A stretch of 63,689 bases of DNA, counting the filler, from Reclinomonas americana ATCC 50394 (taxonomy: Eukaryota): assembly GCA_048213135.1 (NCBI GenBank). It is 4 parts of 2 records of this genome, joined end to end, with 100 filler letters (N's around TTAATTAATTAA, not from the genome) between each part and the next. Parts side by side here need not be neighbours in the genome. Positions count along the whole stretch, not along the records: positions 54,918 to 61,105 come from PS015067.1; positions 61,206 to 63,689 come from PS015067.1; 2 more parts are not named here. One strand, given 5' to 3'. Positions 55,611 to 63,689 of this stretch are shown here, in pieces. Position 1 is the first letter of the stretch, and every line of letters begins with the position of its first letter. A program made the translations under genes and the position numbers. The notes under the pieces are model-generated. The model worked only from the letters and a program-made list of their open reading frames with translations, ran no database searches and was not told the origin of the DNA.

Positions 55611-56220
55611 TCTCTCCCCCCAGAACCTGCGTCCCTCTGATCTCTTCTCTTCTCCACCCNNNNNNNNNNNNNNNNNNNNNNNNNNNNNNNNNNNNNNNNN
55701 NNNNNNNNNNNNNNNNNNNNNNNNNNNNNNNNNNNNNNNNNNNNNNNNNNNNNNNNNNNNNNNNNNNNNNNNNNNNNNNNNNNNNNNNNNNNNNNNNNNN
55801 NNNNNNNNNNNNNNNNNNNNNNNNNNNNNNNNNNNNNNNNNNNNNNNNNNNNNNNNNNNNNNNNNNNNNNNNNNNNNNNNNNNNNNNNNNNNNNNNNNNN
55901 NNNNNNNNNNNNNNNNNNNNNNNNNNNNNNNNNNNNNNNNNNNNNNNNNNNNNNNNNNNNNNNNNNNNNNNNNNNNNNNNNNNNNNNNNNNNNNNNNNNN
56001 NNNNNNNNNNNNNNNNNNNNNNNNNNNNNNNNNNGAGAGAGAGAGAGAGAAATCGTTAAGGTTGCGTGCTGCCAGTGAGATCTTAATCGCCTTGACGGGA
56101 GCCGGAGGCTTTCGAGAGACAGCAGTGAGTTGAATGTTGCACAGTAGTCAGAGACATGCTGCAATCAGGAGTAAGCAGAGCTCTCAAACCTGCACTCACA
56201 CCTCTTCTTTTCTCCATCAG

Positions 56221-57475
56221 CCGCTGTGGTGGTTCGCTTCTTCGACGACCCACGCGCGCCGTTCTTGCTCGCATCCGTGCTGTTGTCGGCCGGCGTGCTG
56301 GTGATTCTGCGCGGGTGGAACGAGAACTACCCCGTGCACCGCTGCGGCGGTCTAGTGGCCACCATCTCTGCCGGCATTCGCACCGTGCGGGCCAGCTCGC
56401 TGGTGCCTCTGATCAGTGGCATGCAGGTGCTCTTCGAGGCCTCCATGTTCCTCTTTGTGCTGTTGTGGACGCCATCGCTGATGCCATCGCTGGAGCTGAA
56501 ATCGACTTTTGCGCCCGACATTAAGGTCGGCGATGGCTTTTTTTGGGCCTTCCGCCTCGCTACTCACCTCGCGTTACGGTGCAGGTGTCGAACGGAAGCG
56601 GCATGTTTGACGTGTACGGCCTGGTCTTTGCGTGCTTCATGGAGAGTCTCATGATCGGCTCGGATTTGTTCGAGTTGTCCACGGCGCAATTTACACCGTT
56701 CCAGTCGGCGGGACTGGCCGCTCCAATCGCCTGCATGGTCATGATCTTTGTGGCACTCTTTGCGGTGGGTTGCGATTGTATTCAGCACGCTTGTTTAGTC
56801 TTTCAATGTCCGCTGATGGTGGAAGCAGAGGGCGCCTGGGTACGGACTACTCATCAGCTGCTGCATCTTTGAGATTTGCTGCGGATGCTTCTTGCCTGCA
56901 GTTGCGTGTCGTGCGACAATGGTCAGCACACGTGAGTGGCCTGATGCTTACTTCTATGACTCATGCGTGCAGTTGGCGACGGTGCGAGTGTCCGTATTAC
57001 CGCAGCACACGGTGGGCGTGGTCGGCACGCTGAATCGCGTGCCGCTCAATCTGCTGGTGGGACTCATCTTGCTGACGGTGCGGTTTTTTTGTGTGGTGTG
57101 CGCACACGTGTCTCGGTTTGCCTCTGCCCTCTCGGTCTCACGCGTGTGTGTGTGCGTGTGTGCGTGTGTGTGTGTGTGTGTGTGCGTGTGTGTGTGTGCG
57201 TGCGTCTGCAGGTCGGCACGGCGAGCCCATTTACCATCTTTGCCATCACCGCCGCCATGCTAGCCGCCTGCACCGCCTGCACGTGGACCGTTCTGCATCG
57301 AGCCAATAGCGCCGCCATGCGCGGACTGGTGTTGACGGTGAACATGCCTCTGTCGGAGGCCGACATGCATCTCGTGGGCAGCACACTAGACTATGGCGAC
57401 GACGTGACACCGCTGCCGAGTTACGATGACAGCGCCATGTGTGCGCGGTCCGAGGCCGGGAGCAGCGGTCACTGA
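56221..57475 (+). CDS. MFSD5: MFSD5/MOT2-like MFS transporter (DUF791, molybdate-anion transporter family), C-terminal half
   Basis: APFLLAS...GWNENY, QVLFEASMFLFVLLWTP, YGLVFACFMESLMIGS, NRVPLNLLV match MFSD5 family motifs (WxENYG, QSLFExSMYxFVFLWTP, FRVPLN). Several introns; stop at 57475. Confidence 0.8.
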
Positions 57476-57756
57476 GGATGTTTGCTGTGTGGTATTTGTA
57501 TGTGTGTGTGTAAATTGTAGAGAAGTACAAGTGGGGTGTTTAAGTAGGTGGCGTCGTGATTTTCTTGCAGTGGTGCTCCTGGAAGCGAAGTTCCCGACAT
57601 TTTCAGAATCCGATCTGCTTACTTTTCCACCTTGCATCCGGCAGCATTCTCCAGTTATCTCTCCCCATTGGAGTTCAGCGACGGATCAAGCAATACAATA
57701 CGTCGAACGTCCCGTTACAGTATCGCATTGTCATTTAGCAGCGGACAACAGTCGAG

Positions 57757-57857
57757 ATGCGCTTTCCTCCCCCGCTCCTGCTTCTCCCTCTCCTGCTGTT
57801 GCTCTTCTCTTGCGCTCTCTCGTGTGCCGATGGGCAAGTAACTGCAGGTGCGGCACA

Positions 57858-57889
<32 letters not shown>

Positions 57890-58816
57890 CACGCATTCGC
57901 ATTTCACCATTTTCGCGCGCAGATGCGAATCCCTCTCTCTCGACCTCCACCTCCTCAGCCGAGTTGCTGGCCCTCACTCAGCGTCTGCACCGTCGACTGG
58001 AGGAGGTGGAGAGCAACGAGCGAGCACTCCGCGCACTCCTCGCACGCCTCGTGTGTCAGCCGGGTGCGATCATGCAGACTGGCATTTGGTGCATCACAAG
58101 CAGCGTCGCCGACAAGCATGCCGAGTTCGCCGCCGATGCAGGCTATCCCATGACCAACGAGAACCAACCGGCTGACGCACACCTCGCACAAGGCTTGCAG
58201 CATTTCTTCGACGGGCACTCAGTGCTGGATGCGGGTGCGGGTGCAGGCACGGTGAGTGAGTGAGCGCGCGCGCCCCTGTTTCCGCTCATCACACACATCA
58301 TCGGTATCGTCATCATGGCAGTACGCGGTCTACTGGCGCACCCACGGCGGCAACATTCGCTACACTGGCGTGGAGGGTGCGCTCAACATTGAGCAGCACA
58401 CCAAGGGTCAGCTGCGTTGGGCCGACTTGTCCATGCCACTGACGCTCGCCGACGGCCCCTTTGACTGGGTCATGTCGCTGGAGGTGGCGGAGCACCTGCC
58501 ACCGCAGTACGAGGACATCTTCCTCGACAACCTCCACCGCCACAACACGTGTGGCATGGTGCTGTCGTGGGCGATTCCGGGCCAGGGCGGGCACGGACAC
58601 TTCAACGAGCGACCAAATGACTATGTCGTGGATCGTCTGCAGCGCATGGGCTACACGTTAGACATCCCGGCCAGCAACTACCTGCGGGTAGGCGCGCGTC
58701 ACAAGTGGTTCCGCGACACGGCGTTTGTGTTTAGGCGGGATGGGGCGCCGGAGTGGTGCTTGGAGAGTAGAATGCCGGCGGATCCGGACCCGGACTTGCA
58801 GGTTTCGACCAACTGA
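57757..58816 (+). CDS. Class I SAM-dependent methyltransferase with N-terminal signal peptide
   Basis: MRFPPPLLLLPLLLLLFSCALSCA, coiled segment, SVLDAGAGAGT|Y, FDWVMSLEVAEHLP, LSWAIPGQGGHGHFNE. Introns about 57848-57922 and 58252-58321. Confidence 0.85.
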
Positions 58817-59449
58817 GTTGCTGGCGTCGGTAATAATGATGCTGTATAATGTACACTGTGGTCGCGTTGTCGCTTGCGCAGGTAGCGCTGCAGCTGCGTC
58901 TGGATTTGCGATCTCCCATGTTATGGTGATCATCACGCAGCTGTGTTGCTGTTTGGATTTGAAAAGTTGTTGTTGCTGTTGCAGTTTGTGGTGCTCACTC
59001 ACGATAATGATAATCGTGCAGCTGTGTCGCTGCTTGGATTATTAGAGGATTCGGTGTTGTCATTGCTGCTGTCACAGCGATATCGTGGCGGTGCGCATGT
59101 GCGCACTCAGGTCCACGATGCATATATATGCATATGTAGTTTCCGCATGTTGATTTACTCCGCCGTCAGGACGTTGGTGTCGATCCTTGGGTACGCCTCC
59201 AGCTTGTCTGTTGGCCCACACCTCAATGTTGCTGTCGACATGTGGTCTACATAAGACGTTGCAATTGGCGGGAACGGAGTTACGTCACATTCCCCCATTT
59301 TGGGCGAGACACACGCACGAACCACACTCTCAGTTTGTGGTGAGTTGCATTGCACACACGTGCGTGGGTCGATGGGGACGTGTGTGTGTGTGTGCGCGCA
59401 TGCGTGTTGCTTTGAACAGACAGCTGATTCGGGAGTTTGCAGATAAAGC

Positions 59450-61105
59450 ATGTCGCGACTCTCCACTGGGGAGAGTCGAGGAGCTGGAGGAGGAGGAGGA
59501 GGCGAACAGGAGCAGCCCGAGTACAATGAGGTGCGCACATGGCAGACGTTCTCGCGGCGCAGCGACCGCGGTGCACTGGGCGACGTGCTGGCGCCCGCCA
59601 CCACCACTCACACCACTCGTCGTCGCACACCCGCTCTGCGCGCCGGCCACGTGCACACCACTCCCGGCGTGCATGTGGGCCGCCTTTTGCGTGGTGCCAT
59701 TGGCACTGCAGCCGCCTTCCAAGCGTACCTGCTGGCGCACTGGGGATTCATTGCCGACTTTATTGACGCGAATTTGCGCGGCATTAGTGAGATCTTCTTC
59801 GCCTCCAACCCCATCACGGGACTGGTCATTGTCGTCGCGGCACTGGCCACACAGTGGTACATTGGCATCGGCTTGCTCATTGGCGTCTTCTCGGCCACGG
59901 TCACCGCGTATGCGTTCGGATTTGACGAGGGATCTCGACGTGCTGGACTGCTCGGTTACTCGGGCTCGCTGGTCGCCGCCGGCGTCTGCTTGTTTACGTT
60001 CGGCAGCGATGCGAATCCGTTCCCGCAGCCGTGGATGCTCATTCCGATGGCGTTCATGTCGGCGGCGGCGTGCGTGCTGACCGTGGTCATTGGCTCGTTC
60101 TTGTCGGGGCACTTTGGAGTGGCGCCGTTCACGCTGCCCTTCCACATTTGCATGTGGGCCTGGCTGCTGATGTGCCAGCGCTCCGGCTACTTCCACGTCA
60201 ATGGCGCCATTCTGCAGCCGGGCCTGCTGACGCAACCGACGGTGTTACCGGACGCGCCACTGGTGCCGTACGATGTGCCGCAACTGGTGCGCGCCGTTTT
60301 CACCTCGGTATCGCAAGTGATTTTCATCGAGAACCCGTACTGCGGGGCGGCGATTTTGGTCGGCCTGGTGGCCTACTCGTGGATCAGTGCCGTGGCCGCT
60401 CTCTTTGGTGCGATTGTCGGCGTGTTCGGTGCGCTGGCGCTCGGCGTGCCGGGTGCGCCCATCTACGCCGGCCTCTGGGGCTACAACCCGTGCCTGGTCG
60501 GCATCGCCATTGGCGGCATCTTCTACGTGCCGTACGGCTTCCGCTTCGCTTTCGTGTGGCTCTTTGCCTGCGGCCTGTCGGTGGTGTTCCACGGCGCCGT
60601 CGGCGCCTTCCTTTCACCCGTCGGCATGCCCACCCTCACCCTGCCGGCGGCGGGAACCTGCGTGGCCTTTTGCTTGCTGGCCGGTGCCATGCGCGACGTC
60701 ACTGCCGTGCAGCTGGCTGCCATTACAGTGCCGGAGGATCACCGTCGTCGCTTTGTCGTGTCGCAGGCGGTCACGCGCCAGCTCGCACTGCTGGGTCACG
60801 GATCGAAGATCAACAGCCGCAGCCACATTCGCAAGGAGGAGTTGCAGCGCATCGAGACGAACCTGTTGCCGGCGCTGCTGTGCTCGTTGGCCTCGGTGGC
60901 CAGCTCCCCCAATCCGGCCATTGCGGAGCAGGCGCGATCGCAGCTGGAGGGTCTGTTGTCGAGCGGCGCCGACGCCTCGGCTGCCGACTACGATCAGCGC
61001 AGTGCGTTGCACGTGGCCGCCTGTGGCGGCAGTGTGCCGGTGGTGTCGGTTCTTGTGCGCCACGGCGCCGAGGCGGACGCCAGTGACATGCTCGAGAGCA
61101 CGCCA
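59450..61105 (+). CDS. Urea transporter (UT/SLC14 family) fused to C-terminal ankyrin repeat(s); 3' truncated
   Basis: Two-fold UT repeat LRGISEIFFASNPITG / SVSQVIFIENPYCG, GLLGYSG / GLWGYNP, PFTLPF / PTLTLP, ITVPEDH. In-frame ankyrin GADASAADYDQRSALHVAACGG...GAEADASD...TP. No intron apparent. Confidence 0.9.
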
Positions 61106-61205
61106 NNNNNNNNNNNNNNNNNNNNNNNNNNNNNNNNNNNNNNNNNNNNTTAATTAATTAANNNNNNNNNNNNNNNNNNNNNNNNNNNNNNNNNNNNNNN
61201 NNNNN
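61106..61205. other. Artificial contig-join spacer
   Basis: TTAATTAATTAA at 61150-61161 flanked by 44 N on each side. Confidence 0.95.
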
Positions 61206-61269
61206 TAGAGAGAAGAGACAGTGAGTTCGTGGTGTGAGGAAGGAGAGTGGCTTCAGGTTGCACACACCT

Positions 61270-62475
61270 CCATCAACTTGGTGTCGTCTGCTGGGCACGC
61301 GTGACCGAGTCTGCACATCGTGACCATGCGTGACGACGCGTGAGAAGCACAGAAGAGAGGAGAGTGATCAAAGACAATCACACAGTCACGCAACCCCAGT
61401 CCATGGCCGTGTTCGTGCATGATGCAGTTGCGCAGACCGCGATAGTTGTGTGCCGTGGCACTGCTGCTGACGAACCAATCGTCTTGGCTGTCAATCAGCA
61501 TGTCACCGTTCGTGGGGTAGTAGTTGTAGGCCAGTGTGCCGCCCGAGCCGTCAATGTACTGTGCAGCGCCAAAGTGAGCACACATGGTCGTACGCGGAAA
61601 GGAGGGCGGCGTGAGACGCAACTGCTGCAGCGATGCGGATGTCGCCGCGCACGCCCAGCTTGCCAGCCGTGCCCGGCCACGCAGCGCCGTCATCGTTGGG
61701 CTCGTACACATAATTCACGGCCGTCTTCGACGACCACATGGCAAAGGCCTCCCGGAAGACCTTCTGCCACACGTCGGGCGAGCCGTACATCGCGTTGAAA
61801 CGAGCAAACAGCTCGTTGGTCTGACCGCCCGTAGAAACGCCGTCTGCGCGCAGAGGAGTTCAGTGAGACACCATATGCATGTCGCAGCGCGCGCTGTGAT
61901 TTGACAAACCAGGCACAAATGAGTACGTCAGCGTGATGCGCTTTCCTTGCGGAATGTTGGAGCCGTTGGTGGCCGTGGTGGTCCACCGGTACGTGCTCAC
62001 ATCCGCACGTGTGTCAAATTGCTGGTTGTCGGTGTGGAAGCCGCCGGCGTGGCGCTCCGCCAGAAACTTGGTCATCTCGATGACCTTGGATTCTGGTGTG
62101 CCGGGGGCGAAGCAGGGCATGGGCGCGCGCAGTGTATGCACTGCGGCATTGCTGGTCTCTGTGTGCATTCATGCATGAGCATCACCACCAACAGTGTCGA
62201 ATCTTGCATAGTCAAGAGTCGGTGGAGAGGAGGAGAGTGGGAGGAGGCAGATGCGTGTGCATGCGTGTGAAGTGAGGGTGTGTGGGGGAGAGAGAGAGAG
62301 ACGGAGACAGAGCGGGAAAGCGAGCGCTTTGACATGTATGGGAAGTGGCGATGTTCGAGTTCGAACCTTCATGACCGCTGGCTGTGCACAGCAGTAGTAC
62401 CAGCGCCACAGCCACGACAATAAGCGTTGGCGCAGTGAAGCGGGTGTTGTGTCGAGTTGTTGCAGAGGGGCTCAT
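61270..62475 (-). CDS. Secreted matrixin (M10) metallopeptidase, bacterial-like; 3' truncated
   Basis: Signal peptide (..TLIVVAVALVLLLCTASG), PCFAPGT, RWTTTATNG..QG..ITLTYSFVP|DG, GVRGDIRI, TLAYNYYP..GDMLID. The spliced zinc motif HEHGHGLG|LGH (HExxHxxGxxH) is followed by the Met-turn KLME. Confidence 0.88.
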
Positions 62476-63108
62476 GAGCGTCGCCGTCGTAACAAAGTCT
62501 GAAGAACTTTCTGCGCGCATATGCACACACAGATGAGCATGCATGCATGACATGGTTGACCAGCGCACAGAGAAGTGCAACGAGTGCACATGTGCGCGTG
62601 CGAGGGGGAGGGAGGCGTTGGCACTTTACCTTGGCTCTCAGAGCGAGATAAAAAGACAAACTTGCACACGTCTCTCCCGATTCGGCCGTGTTCTTGAGAC
62701 ACGCCGAGATCAAATTGAAGCACATCGCCGCCAACCGAGTGCCGGAAGAGGCAACGCCCACACGCTCCATGGGCATGTACTGTTGTGTGTGCGTGGAAGA
62801 GAGCGGGGGTGATGGAGGGCGGAGAAACACGTTAATCAATTGTGCATACATGCACGTGCGCACCACGCCAGCATCCCAAAGAGGAAATTTTCTTGAGTGC
62901 AAGTTTAATTCGAGCTCAAATCACTCACCGAAAGCAGCGAGTGGAGTGGAAGTTGCTGGGCAAAGGCCGGTAATTGCGCACAACGTAGGCGGTGGTGGGA
63001 AGTGGAGGAAGAAGAGATAGACAATACTTCTTCTTGAACCGAATTCGAATCATGCATGCACAACAAGCTTTTTACACTTTTCACATCATCTTTGCGTAGT
63101 GTCTTAGG

Positions 63109-63687
63109 TTAAACCAAGCCAGCAGCGATCTCCAGCGACCGACCAGCCGCGCCCTGAGTGTACAGGCACGACACCTCAGCCGCCGTCAGCGGCCGAGCCC
63201 ACACCGCAAAGTCGTCCACATCGGCCGAGGCGCCGTACACACCACGACCATCGGCACCGATAAAGGTCGAGTAGTTGTTGGTGCTGTCCAGCCATTCGGT
63301 GCCGGTGTTGCCGATTGCACCAGTGCCCACATTCACGCCGTCGCGGTACGCTGTAACGCGCTTCGCTGCTCGGTCAAACGTGGCCACAACATAGTGCCAC
63401 TGTCCGTCGCGAACCTCGGCACCAATGTCGATACGAGGCATGCCCGCGGCACGCGAGTTGAGGAATGTGGCGTAAGTCGTACTGAACACCCAGCCGGTAT
63501 TCGCGCCAGAGTACCAGTCCTTGTTGGAGAACAGCGCCGAATCAACGGTGGACGTGGTTCGAATCCAGGCGCCCACTGTGAAGCCGGCCACTTCGGTGCG
63601 GAACACCGGGGCCAAGCTGGTGCCAAACGTCACTGCCCAGTCGTTGGCGTAATTCGAATAGCTGGCAGTGTTGCGGAACGAGGCGGC
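63109..63687 (-). CDS. LamG-like (ConA lectin/glucanase) domain, C-terminus of a gene starting outside the window
   Basis: FTVGAWIR, SNKDWYSGANTGW, DGQWHYVVATFD, VTAYRDG, DDFAVWARPLTAAEVSCLY. Frame open to the window edge; stop TAA at 63109-63111. Confidence 0.85.
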   Translation of the reverse strand, partial: AASFRNTASYSNYANDWAVTFGTSLAPVFRTEVAGFTVGAWIRTTSTVDSALFSNKDWYSGANTGWVFSTTYATFLNSRAAGMPRIDIGAEVRDGQWHYVVATFDRAAKRVTAYRDGVNVGTGAIGNTGTEWLDSTNNYSTFIGADGRGVYGASADVDDFAVWARPLTAAEVSCLYTQGAAGRSLEIAAGLV

Positions 63688-63689
63688 TT

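Overview
Eukaryotic (protist-like) draft-assembly DNA with many short GT-AG introns, CT/GA/GT microsatellites and N gaps. Three artificial 100-nt spacers (N44-TTAATTAATTAA-N44 at 23363-23462, 54818-54917, 61106-61205) split the window into four segments whose adjacency cannot be trusted. Segment 1: 3' end of CCZ1, a complete multi-exon secreted beta-amylase (GH14), the 3' part of a TMEM260-like O-mannosyltransferase, and a >15-kb tandem array of five ~3.0-3.3-kb units. Each unit encodes a small WD40 protein with near-identical repeats, hypervariable top-face residues, variable repeat number and a constant C-terminal tail; this is the best candidate for an undescribed system (a diversified recognition or immune-like receptor array). 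Segment 2: a myxobacterial-type M36 (fungalysin) protease with PA and EGF modules, and a giant (about 6,000 aa or more, both ends missing) secreted or surface protein. That protein has 8 FN3-like domains each hosting an inserted NHL propeller, 13 plain FN3-like domains, EGF repeats and 7 IPT-like domains. Segment 3: MFSD5-like transporter, secreted SAM methyltransferase, urea transporter-ankyrin fusion. Segment 4: planctomycete-like matrixin and a LamG-domain C-terminus. An unusual 5' splice site (GTTGCGT) recurs in at least 11 introns. All family calls come from motif recognition by eye; no searches were run and the organism is not identified.
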